A stretch of 63,992 nucleotides of DNA, counting the filler, from Octopus bimaculoides (Eukaryota): NCBI RefSeq assembly GCF_001194135.2. It is 5 parts of 5 records of this genome, joined end to end, with 100 filler letters (N's around TTAATTAATTAA, not from the genome) between each part and the next. Parts side by side here need not be neighbours in the genome. Positions count along the whole stretch, not along the records: positions 34,469 to 62,846 come from NC_068989.1; positions 62,947 to 63,992 come from NC_069002.1; 3 more parts are not named here. One strand, written 5' to 3'. The position numbers and the translations under genes are program-made. Positions 52,590 to 63,992 of the stretch are shown piece by piece (the stretch's first letter is position 1; every line of letters begins with the position of its first letter). The notes beneath the pieces are model-generated. The model saw only the letters and a list, made by a program, of their open reading frames with translations. It made no database searches and was not told where the DNA came from.

Positions 52590-54955
52590 GTAAATAAAGT
52601 ACGGCAGGAAGAGAAAGTCATAACATTTGATACAATATTTGCCGAAATCTCCGAAAGAAATGTCAACCAAAATCAAGAAAAGCTGCAAAAATTATGGAAA
52701 GAAGACACCAAACGGGAAGAGGAAATATCTATCAGAATATGGAAAAAGCAATAGGAGTGGTTCACTAACTATGAAAATATCTAGGGAGAAAATCCATAAT
52801 GAAAACAAAACCACCACAACAAAAAAGTACAGGAAAATCGAAAAACAATACAAACACCGATCCGGAGGATCGAAACAAGAATATCGGACCCTCAGACATC
52901 CAAAAATATATACTGACATAACCTCTAACTCATCTCAAATACAGATTAGAGACCAGTACTCTACAATACCAAACCTTCATACTACGATGAACACACGCAC
53001 AAAATATAAGCAACAACCGTCAACCAAATATTCTAGATGGAGAAACACATGGGAAGAAAGACAAGCAAAATACAGACGACCATTAACCCATAATACTGGA
53101 CGACCTAGATGGATGAACACATGGGGCGAAAGACAAGTGAGGAACACATAATACAGACTATAATATAAAGTTCATAATGAAAACTCAAGAAACCCACGAT
53201 ATATGACCACTAATCCTACACGGTCCAACAAACGTAGATGGGAAGAAGACAACTACTATGGACAACGAAATATATACAGACAACATGAACCTTTCCCTCA
53301 TTCACAACGAAGCCTGAACCCCAGAAATAGAAATTGGAGACGTAACAACACAAATACATTTTTAGAGAAAAAAACTACTACTACCGCGCTCAGGACCCGA
53401 TACAACAGACGTTCCTAATTAACCTACAAAACACATAAACCCTAAAATTATAAATTTATCAAATAAAGACCTCAACGAAAATTAAATGACTGTCCTACTA
53501 AAAGGTTTCAAATTTAACCCGACACCCACTCGGAATCTCACAGAGCTAAAAACCGATAATAAGAACGTCAACCATCTTATATAATTCTTCGACAACAAGA
53601 AAGTAGAGGACGAATCAATCGTAAGAAGAAAATCTCATTTCACCTCTTACAAGGGGAGCGATCAACTCCTAGATACGTAAATAGAAACAATCTCGAAATT
53701 ACCTCTCAGTACCTATAAATGCAAACAGAACTTTCATGAATCAGAAAAGGAAGCTTTACAAAGACTAAAGAACAACAATTCAATCATCATAAAGGAAACC
53801 GACAAGAGTGGGGCGATGTTAATCATGGAAACAGACTACAACAAAGAAAAAAATACTAGAAGTTTTAGCAGATAAAACATACTATGAGGATAATCAAGGC
53901 ACCAGGGAGAAATATCATTGAATAAAATCAGAACATCAGTTAACAAATACCAGGACTCCTTCACAGATATTGAAAAGGACTACTTATTTATCTCCATAAT
54001 CAAAGAGAGCAATTTCTACATATTGCCCCAAATCCACAACAGTTCCGAGATACAGAAGGCCCTAAATAAACAAAGGATTCAATACGTAAAAATACAAAGA
54101 GCCACAAGCCTCAAAATAAGACTGATAGTTGCTCAGCCCTAAGCCCCAACTCAACAACTGAGACGCCTCTTGGACATATTCCTCAAACACCTATCCCCAT
54201 TAATACCCAGCTATATACGGCATGACATGGACTTCCTCAAACAAATCCCAACTTCTGTCCCGGAAGGTATTATACTTGCAAGTTTTGACGTCACTAACCT
54301 ATATACCAACATACCATATGCTGTAGGCCTGGTAGCAGTCAAACACTGGAGGGGGGAGAAACACAGAAGATGTATAGACGAACGTTTCAAAACAAACTTC
54401 ATTACCAAGGCACTCGTCTAGTACTAGAAGAAAATACATTCAGATTTGATAATAAGATATACCGACAGATATAGGGCACAGCTATGGATATGAAACATGC
54501 ACTCTGATATGCCAACCTAGTCTTAGGTTACATAGAAGGTAGACTTTATGAGGAAGTAGGAAAAGCCTTTGATCACAAATTCAAGGAACACATTATGAAG
54601 AAGTGGAAGCGCTACCTCGATGACAGCTTCATTTTTGAGGGATAGACCAAAAGAAGACCTACGAACATTTCACAACACCCTCAACACACTGCACATTCAC
54701 AACAAAAACTAGCTACAATGAGCTACCATTTTTAGACATTCACATCACAATTAAACAACTCCACTGTCACAACAGACATTTTACAAAAAAACAAAAACAA
54801 AAAAAACAGATACGCAACAATATTTAAATTTCTACTCTTGCCACCTCTCACACATCAAAAAGAACATTCCATACAGCATGGCAAGACACATCTGCACCAT
54901 AGTAACTGACTCACAAATACGCCAAATTAGACTTGATGAAATGGAAAACATCTTA
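52590..54955 (+). mobile_element. Neptune-type Penelope-like element, N-terminus and RT, decayed and 3'-truncated
   Basis: LLKGFKFNPTP, IIIKETDKSGAMLIM, FYILPQIH, LASFDVTNLYTNIP, GTAM, WKRYLDD, TQQYLNFYSCH..KKNIPYSMAR. The 5' boundary is uncertain. Confidence 0.85.
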
Positions 54956-55400
54956 CATCGTTGTTTCAATTGTGGCCGGAAGGTCCACATAAGAGCAGAG
55001 TGCCTTCCACCTAAACCACAAGAGAACCCACCACTAGGCAAAGTAGCTGCACCTCCAGCAGTAGAAACAGCAGCTTCTCATCCTCCGGCGACATCAGCGG
55101 CAGCGACGAACACAATGAAGACGACGAGTGGACTATTGCTGGGAAAAAAGAAAAAAAGGTCCCCCATCCCGCACCCGCAGACACCATTTCCCACCCTTCC
55201 CCTACAGGCATCAATTCCCACCCTGCCCCCGCAGACACCATTCCCTACCAAACCTCCATAGCCACTGATCCCTGCTCTACCCTCGCAAACACCATGTCCC
55301 TCCCTGTCACCTCTGTCCCCACGCAAAAAAACGCAAAGGCAGACACACAGGAATCCGCAACCTCCTAAAACAGGCCTCATATCCACGTTCAATGGGAAGA
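54956..55400 (+). mobile_element. LINE ORF1 (gag-like) fragment with a CCHC zinc knuckle
   Basis: CFNCGRKVHIRAEC is CX2CX4HX4C, followed by Pro/Thr-rich low-complexity sequence. Confidence 0.6.
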
Positions 55401-55559
55401 ATGAAAAAAAAAAAAATTAATTAAATCACAAAAAATCATTCAAACACCCCACAGACAAAGACATTACGGAAAGTGATTTCATTCACATGGACAAAGAACT
55501 GCAACGAAACTTAAATCTTCATTCCAAAACCACGTAGGCTTGATAAGAGGATTGGGCCC

Positions 55560-56140
55560 CATGTGTTCCAGAATGTTGGCGTAGGCAGAGGGAATGGCAT
55601 CACAGCGCAGCGCTATGTTAACCAGATCCTAAGACCTCACATCATACCCTTCTTCGCGCGTGATCATAGCCATGTGTTCCAGCAGGAAAATGCTCCCTCA
55701 CGCGCGGGTACTGTCACTATGGACCTCCTTCGTCAGCGCAACATCAGAACCATGCCACGACTGGCTCTCAGCCCGGATTTGAACCCGACGAAACACCTGT
55801 GGTACCATGGCCGACAACTCTTGTGGAACTGGAGGCAGCCTTCTGCAGTGTGTGGGCACTGTTACCAATGGCTTTGGGGACACCTGATGCACTCCATATA
55901 CCGATGATGTATGGCCGTTCAACCCAGGGAGGGCATGCACGCTATTGAATATGTTACCCTCTTCAATCACGAAGTGCTAGATCTGCCCACTACCAGAACA
56001 CATGACAACAATCCATAGATTACAGTCGAACTGTATCCAATAAATCAACTTTATCAGACCTATCAATATTTATCTCTGACTTAATGAATTTGAAAAATAT
56101 TACAGTCACACACGTACCGCGTTTCTTTTGCGGTTATATA
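55560..56140 (+). mobile_element. Tc1 transposon 3' fragment
   Basis: AQRYVNQILRPHIIPF..VFQQENAP..SPDLNPTKHLW matches FQQDNARPH / SPDLNPIEHLW. Confidence 0.75.
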
Positions 56141-57139
56141 TATATACACTATCACACACATATACACACATGCACACATACATAACAGATATACATACAT
56201 ACACATAAATATACACACGCATGTACATACATATGCACTTACATCTGTACACACGTCTACATTTATATACTCGCACATCAATAAAACCAGAAGTGGAATA
56301 CAAACGGAAAGAAAATAAGAGACATAATGGTAGCGATATTTGAGAGAGAAAGGTGGAGTAGGGAGTGGGATGGTAAACTAGGCAAGAAAGATTTGAGATG
56401 CAGCGCCAAGAGTGAGGAGAAGAGGAAAACGGCACAGAGGTGGGTTATAAAAGGGGCAAATATTTTGGTAAGCTTATGAACGCTTTGTAACCATTCTGTA
56501 TGGAAGGGAAACTAAAATTCGAAAGGATAAGGTATGAAAGTAATGTAGATCAGAGGAAATTAGCATAACGACATGTATACATAACAATATATACACACAC
56601 ATAAAAACGGCTACATCTGCACGCTCTCACTAATATATNNNNNNNNNNNNNNNNNNNNNNNNNNNNNNNNNNNNNNNNNNNNNNNNNNNNNNNNNNNNNN
56701 NNNNNNNNNNNATATATATATATATATACACGTATGTATAAATACTTGTTGCTATAAGTAAAATTCACTTATGTGTATAACAACACTAGTTAGAAAGCCG
56801 CACGCCGTGCGGGCCTTTACGCCGGTTCCTGCTGAGGGCTAATTGGGCCTGCAACCCAAGACTAAAGAGAGGAATAATAATAAAACATTTATTGGTACCC
56901 TAATAATATGGCATTACATTAAATTCAGAGCTCGTTTAAAATTTGTATTTTCAACTGTTAGCGTATAACAAAAACTCATCCAGACCTCAACTCAATGCTG
57001 CATGTTCAAGAACCAGATTTCCAATCCCGAGATCATCCTGAGTCCAAAAAGTTATAATATGTCTATGGAGAGCAAATGTGGAATGAGATACAGGAGGCCC
57101 AGATGGACAGACAGGTATTCGCGTTTATTAGTATATATA

Positions 57140-58037
57140 CGAGGTCTGATCAATAAGTATCAGCACTTTTTATAAGGTAACGAAGCTAAAGCAGGCAGTG
57201 CAAAGCCGCCTGGCAAAGATTGACCTTGAACCCTGCTGTACAAGCGCACAAAGGTTTATCGTTCTAGCTCACTTCCGATGTTTACAGCAGCGTTTGAAAG
57301 GAAGGTGTGTAGATTGTGTTCGTCGTATTGATCACGATAAAGAACGTTATGGCAATATGAGCTCAGCGTGGACAGAAACCACACGTCGAGCAAAAGGGCA
57401 AAAGCTCGCTTGATCTCGATTTGCAGTTGTAGAAAGTGTATGAAGAGGGGTGTATGAGCCGCACACAAGTGTACGTGTGGTTCAGACGTTTCCAAGATGG
57501 CCGAAAAACGTCGACATTGAGGAGCGTTCTGGGAGACGCGCAACCAGAAGAACTGAGAAAATCATTGTAGATGTTAATGCAGCTGTGAAGGGAAATCGTC
57601 GAATACCCATCCGTGATTTAGCAAAGAATGTGCAGATTACTTACGGTTCAGTTCAGTCTATTATCACTGACGATTTGGGTATAAGACGCGTTTCTGCCAA
57701 GTTTGTGCTAAAACAACTTCAGCTGTTGTTTTAGAAAGACACTCGAATTTTAGTTTTGAACACTTTGCGTAATCCGCTGAGCAGGATTTAGCAAGCTTCT
57801 GGCTAAATTTCATGGAGATTCTCTGCTCAACGGTCTCTGTCATTGTCAATGCAACGATCACACGTCACACACCTTCCTCCTAAATAGTGCTGTAAAAAGC
57901 AAAAGTGAGTTACAACGTTAAAACTTAGCACTCCTGCACGGAAGAGTTCAAAGTCAATCTGTGCCAAGCGGTTTTACTCTGCGTACTTTAGCTTCGTTAC
58001 TTTGGCAACAGTCCGGATACGTATTGCTCAGACCTCG
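57140..58037. mobile_element. Mariner derivative with two inverted 5' ends
   Basis: TA-flanked TIRs CGAGGTCTGATCAATAAGTATC / GATACGTATTGCTCAGACCTCG. Plus strand has transposase N-terminal remnants (VWFRRFQDGR; RRVSAKFV); minus strand has MTETVEQRISMKFSQKLAKS. Confidence 0.85.
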
Positions 58038-58766
58038 TACATACAAAGACGCATATATATACGCACACGTATAGACAAATATACACATACAAAACGGCGT
58101 ACAAAATATCTATACATACGTTCATATTAACACCTACAAAGCATGCATATACATGAACACAAAAATATGTATATACACGTGTAGGAAAAGACAAGTGTGT
58201 TGAATATATGAAAACAAGAAAATAATGTGAAAAAGGGAGTAATATATCTATAAACAAATGTAGTTAATGATGAAAGGAAAATATATTGAGAAATTATTAA
58301 TATATAAATGAAATTAAGAAAATAAATTATTTTAGGTAATAATATTCAGTGGTATATTACCGTGTAATGGTTAACTACAGATATTTTATTAAGTAAGGTA
58401 CAGAAAATAATAAAATAGCTTAAGATGAAAATGAAATAAATAGAATTTGCAAGACCTTCAGAAATATATGAAGGTCTTGGTTTTAGAATTTTAAATTAAA
58501 ATATGGTAGGCAAAGGCTATGGTTAAAATTTAGTATAGTTCTGCTGAAAAAAAAACACTCGTTAAAAACAGGGGAAGAGTGGGATGTTTTACGAAAAAAG
58601 TTGAATGTTCCTTTACAACGTCTGTGTATAATTCAATACAAAATTAGGCGGGGGAATATACAATAAAAATGGGAAAATTTAAAGACCAAGTATGCAGCCG
58701 TAGGCACTTAGATATATATGTGTGCATAATTGCATACAAGGAAAAGTCCACGTACTGTAAACTCAC

Positions 58767-58776
58767 GCTCGACCAT
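58767..58776 (-). CDS. Candidate start-codon exon segment (MVE plus 1 nt)
   Basis: GCCATGG context, donor C|GTGAGT, and acceptor TGTAG at 58808-58807. Phase 1 fits the exon at 52247. Very short, so weak evidence. Confidence 0.25.
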
Positions 58777-60470
58777 GGCTTGTTTGCGTATGTTCTTATG
58801 CTGATACTACAGGTGTGAAGTGTGTGTACATTTTCAATATGAAGTTGTCAAACGGTTGACAGTACTAGCGCCAACTATCCATTACTATTTTTAAAGTTAA
58901 AAATATATATAAGAACCAACAAAAGGAAAACACACACAGAAGGTCGCCACATCCTCATCTGACATCGGACAATTTCGTGCGGAATTGCGAAATTGCTGAA
59001 AACTTTTGGCTGATAACTGATGGGGATTTGGTGACCTCCTGTGTCACTTTGCCGCTTGTTTGTGCTTATACTCATTAAATTTTTTTTTACTTAGTATTTA
59101 AAGAACCGGCTCACATTGTCCCTTACTTTGTTAACACTTGGTAACTTACGATCTTTACCCATTCCGTCTTAAAAAGGCTAATCTTCATCGTTTTATTTCT
59201 TCAAACACTTTCTTTTCAAATTCTCTTCTTCCAGCTACACTACTCATTTCAACTCAAATCATTAGTGAGTTGTCTTCAGAATCCCAAACGACAGTATACC
59301 CTTCGTATAATTAAGGTATCATTGAGCCGCTGAATACCGTAGCGGAGTACCCCTGCTTGAGTGATTATTACATTAGAAGATCAGCTGACTAAAAATCATA
59401 CCTAGCTTGGATTTTAACCTTTCCAATACCTCAATTTGGAGTTGTGCGTGTGTATGTGTGTATCTGTGTCTGTGTGTAGGATCCTTTCTGTTTGGCTGTC
59501 ACTTTTCAATTTCTTCAAATTTTGTGCCAATTGATTCCATACTTGGTGTATTTGTGTACTTTTGCATATTAATTATTGACCTAAAATTCATTTTCATCAT
59601 ACACCAATAAATAAAACGTTGATAGTTTTTAAAGTTTGCATATATGTGCCTGTTTCCATAGTAACAAATCAAGCTGTTATCAAATTGCTTACCCACGCGG
59701 TCACCTTTCGCTTATTATATGCTTTAATACATGGTATGAGGTGGTCGCAACATGTGCTAAATTAATAGCTAAATAGGTCGTTCTTTCTTTCATTTTTTCT
59801 GCAGAATCGGATGAATTCCCTTGTGTAGAATCCAAATTCACAAAAATTTCCTAAAAATTCATCCAAATCTCAAAAGCAGAATTCCGCCAATATTCATTTT
59901 ATTTACAGTGGATAACACGTGCAGTTATCCAAATCCTGTTTCCTGACTGGCTATTAAGTATCAAAATTCAACCCTCTGTAACTCCCCTAAAAAAGTGAAT
60001 TAGCCCTTGAGATTCAAAGTAGAAAATTACATCAATACATCAAATTTTAAAATTTTCACTAAACTTTAAAATTTGCATTGCTGCAGCTAAACTGAGAGGA
60101 TTCACCTCGCCTCACCTCTGTTTCTCTGTCTCTCTCTCTACCTCTGTCTNNNNNNNNNNATATATATATATATATATATAAATGTGTGTATGTATATATG
60201 AAAAGGTATCTACATTAGATATTAAATCTCCGAATTTGTAAATATATGTGTGTGTGTATGTATGCATGTGTGTATAAGTGTGTGCGTATGTATGCATGTG
60301 TTTATCAGTGTGTGTGTGTGGAGACAGAAAAAAGGTGAGAGGGAGAGAAAGGCATAATATGTAGAAGCGTGTGTGTATGAGAGCCTGCGCGGATGTTTGT
60401 ATGTGTTCTTCTCTAAGTCGAAATTATTTGGTACATTTTCATCCATTAGGCTCATTTTGCTATATCATTT

Positions 60471-60504
<34 letters not shown>

Positions 60505-60514
<10 letters not shown>

Positions 60515-60740
60515 AATCTTCAGAATTGATATATATAAAACGATTCCATAGAGAAGATATGAACACCGAAACAAAAAACGGTTTAAAATATATTACCTGT
60601 AAATACATCAAATTAATATATATATATAAATTTGATGTATTTACAGGTTTAAAAGTTAAACCTTTTTTTTTTGTTTCGGTGTTCATATCTTCTCTATGGA
60701 ATCGTTTTATATATACCGATTCTGAAGATTTATATATTAT
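60505..60740. repeat. Near-perfect palindrome of about 236 bp
   Basis: ATAATATATAAATCTTCAGAATT..CCTGTAAATACATCAAATT, an (AT)n loop, then AATTTGATGTATTTACAGG..TTCTGAAGATTTATATATTAT. Confidence 0.85.
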
Positions 60741-61083
60741 TTAACGATCCAGTACGAATATGTTTTATGTATTTTTCTGTTAGAGATAAATTTACAAATT
60801 TGTAGATTGACTTTATAGGCTATATTTTTAATTTTACATATTTTGCCCAACACGATTAACTGCATAGCAGGTTTTTTTTCTGATATAGGTGTGTGAGTGC
60901 GTGTGTGTGTCTCTGTGTTTGTGTGTTTGTACATATAGGTAACTACATACATATATTCATAAAGATATAAATAGTTATAGATATACTAACACACATATAT
61001 ATATACACACATGCATATATATGTGTATGTGATTGTGTGAGAGTATGTGTGTGTTTGTTTATATATATATATATATGTGTGTG

Positions 61084-61148
<65 letters not shown>

Positions 61149-62949
61149 NNNNNNNNNNNNNNNNNNNNNNNNNNNNNNNNNNNNNNNNNNNNNNNNNNNN
61201 NNNNNNNNNNNNNNNNNNNNNNNNNNNNNNNNNNNNNNNNNNNNNNNNNNNNNNNNNNNNNNNNNNNNNNNNNNNNNNNNNNNNNNNNNNNNNNNNNNNN
61301 NNNNNNNNNNNNNNNNNNNNNNNNNNNNNNNNNNNNNNNNNNNNNNNNNNNNNNNNNNNNNNNNNNNNNNNNNNNNNNNNNNNNNNNNNNNNNNNNNNNN
61401 NNNNNNNNNNNNNNNNNNNNNNNNGAGAGAGAGAGAGAGAGAGAGAGAGAGGCGTGTATTTGTATGTAGACAGAAAAATATTAACTACTACTTTCAATTC
61501 CTTACATATCTTTCTTCATTGGATTTCTTTTTCATGTGGTAACTGAACAACTCAAAAAGTATTTGAGACTAAGAGCAAAATATTATGCTTCCGTCAAATT
61601 ATATGAGGTTGATTATCATAAAATAAATAAATGAATGAAATGAAATAAAATATGTACATACAGTTTATACATAAAAAAAAAAGTATTTTATATGTTGCAC
61701 TTTCTTCTGTGCAACGTAAATTTTCTTGCAAATCATATATAAATTTCGAATGCGCCAGTCAGTCGAATCTTGGCTGCTAAATAAATTACTTCCAGTAAAG
61801 AAATATAAAATTGCATGGAATTTGACCAAACGTTTATAATCCTGTAGTTCTACATGGTTATATGATTTCTTAAGATATATAAGCGCAGAGACATACAGTA
61901 ATGTATGTATGTATGTATGTATGTATGTATTTAGTCATCTATGTACGTATGTATGTATGTATTTAGTCATCTATGTATGTATGTATGTATGTATGCATGT
62001 ATGTATGTATGTGTAAGGATGTATGTATATGGATATATGTGTCTATACTGATGCCGTTTTAAAACTCTTCATGCATCAACTTGTTATGTACTTGATACAT
62101 TTTGCTCCTTCATGTATATTTACAAATTTTACCGGCGAAATATAACAAATATATTTTCTCTTTACATCTAAAACGTATAAGGATTTTAAAGTTTCTTGAG
62201 GGAAAAGTATTAATAAAATCCAAGTCAGAAGAATAAAAGCAGGTTAATCCATATAAGCCTATTATTTCTGCTTATGTACGAATACAAATAGATTTCAAAA
62301 TCTACACATTCTGTGTGCTGATAGAAGACTAAGAGGATATTAGATCTTTTCTTTTTTCTCAGCTTTCCTCTCCATTTCTGTATATACATTCCGACTAAAA
62401 AAAGGAGGGAAGTATATGTTATTTATCTTGATGTAAGATTTGGCCTCCAACTGAACATTTCTTTGTGTGTTATTATGAAACTGAATTTATCAATGAAGCT
62501 CTCGTTTGCTCAAAAGATGTTGCAAATATTAGTTACGTGCTTGATCTGTTAATACATAACTGATAAGAAATAATAAAGTCATACTACAAGGTAATGTATC
62601 TAACTATAAATGTCAATTCTAATTTGATGAAAGTATTATAATAATATTCGAATACATATCAGAAAAATTAACTAAACACGAGTATATAACAACAAAGAAA
62701 GAACGCAATAAACGTTATTAGTGTTCACGTTGTATACATACATAATTACACGCATGCATACATACATACGTGTATGTGTATGTATTCATGGTTATATATG
62801 TGTGTGCGATTATATATTCATGTGCATATATATATATATATATATANNNNNNNNNNNNNNNNNNNNNNNNNNNNNNNNNNNNNNNNNNNNTTAATTAATT
62901 AANNNNNNNNNNNNNNNNNNNNNNNNNNNNNNNNNNNNNNNNNNNNATC

Positions 62950-63208
62950 GTAATAATTTTATCGATTTATTGGGTGTTATGCACTTTCAGTGCCTGTTGT
63001 TTCAATTCTCAAGCTATTTTTTTGTATTTTGAATACAATTTTTTAATTTTTGATTTTTTTCAATTGTAAGTAGGCCCACATGTACTTGTAAATGTGAGTG
63101 GACATGGGAAAAGGTGGGGCGTAAAAACTTTTACTATGAAAAAGTGGGGCGCCGGGAAAAAAGGTTGGGAAACACTGGGCTATATGGACCCTGGTTTGAA
63201 AACCACTG
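62950..63208. mobile_element. Two closely spaced hAT (Charlie-like) termini
   Basis: GGTTGGGAAACACTG (63163-63177) and GGTTTGAAAACCACTG (63193-63208) are CAGTG-type hAT ends. No partner ends were found; they may lie in the adjacent gap. Confidence 0.6.
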
Positions 63209-63309
63209 CTGTAGATAGTGAAATAGCTACTATAGACAGGTAGAGAGATAGCCTAGATCTAGGACTGACAAACTGCAGGATTTTCTGAATGGCACACCTA
63301 ATGAAAAAT

Positions 63310-63862
63310 TACCTTCATTTATATTTATCTATCTATATTTTCTGTCTATCAACCTATCCTCACCACGTTACCTTTCTATATTATCTATTTATTGTATCTA
63401 TCTTATCTGTCAGTCCATCTATCTATCTATTATCTACCTATCTATCTATTTACCTACCTACCAACCTACCTACCTACCTACCTACCTACCTACCTATCTA
63501 TTTATCTATCTATTATTTGTCTTTCTGTATTACCTGTCCATGTATTTATCTGTCTGTGTGTAAGCGTCTGTTGTATTTGTCTGTCTATAGTACCTGTCTG
63601 TTTGTATCTGTCTATTTATATTATATGTGTACTGTACCTGTCTGTCTATATGTCTATAGTATCTGTGAATCTATCTATCTATACTACCTTTCCATAGTAT
63701 CAACCTCTCTATTTAGATCAGACATGGGAAGCCTTTTTCAAGATGTGGGCCATATGAAATATAGATAGATAGATAGATAGATCATAATAGATAGACAAGC
63801 ACAGACAGACAAATAGATAGACAGACAGACAGACAGACAGATAGATGATAATAGATAGATAC

Positions 63863-63895
<33 letters not shown>

Positions 63896-63900
63896 TAGAT
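63310..63900. repeat. Degenerate (TCTA/TACC/TCTG)n followed by the complementary (GATA/GACA)n
   Basis: Seen directly in the sequence. Confidence 0.9.
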
Positions 63901-63992
63901 ATGTTTATTAGCCACACAGGGCTGAACACAGAGGGGAGAAGTTACAAAGTAGAGCTTTTTTTCTTTTTGGGGAGAAGGAATGAAAAAAAAAA
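63895..63992 (-). mobile_element. 3' end of the same Tx1-like family as 1-345
   Basis: Reverse complement AAAAGCTCTACTTTGTAACTTCTCCCCTCTGTGTTCAGCCCTGTGTGGCTAATAAA matches about 280-335. Confidence 0.55.

Noticed and set aside
13194-62902. Four identical TTAATTAATTAA motifs
   Set aside because: Each is centred in a 100-bp N block; this is a scaffolding spacer, not biological sequence.

Overview
AT-rich eukaryotic genomic DNA, mostly intronic or intergenic, packed with microsatellites and N-gaps. The repeat families resemble those I recall from Octopus; this species assignment is an inference, not a search result. Almost all ORFs in the supplied track are microsatellite or N-gap artefacts, or decayed transposon frames. 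One host exon is well supported: a minus-strand terminal exon (26367-25912) encoding an NHL-like beta-propeller segment. Weaker candidate upstream exons lie at 52247-52067 and 58776-58767. The rest is a layered mobilome: three tRNA-headed SINE families, RTE, Tx1/L1 and R4/Dong-type LINE fragments, Penelope-like elements (PLEs) of two types, a solo LTR, mariner/Tc1/pogo/hAT derivatives, and a long-TIR foldback carrying telomere-like repeats. The most striking structure is at 20631-21036: a tRNA-like Pol III head joined to a minimal hammerhead ribozyme motif, preceded by an inverted copy of the ribozyme-bearing arm. It looks like a non-autonomous SINE/Penelope hybrid. All family names come from motif recognition; no database searches were run, and most TE boundaries are approximate.
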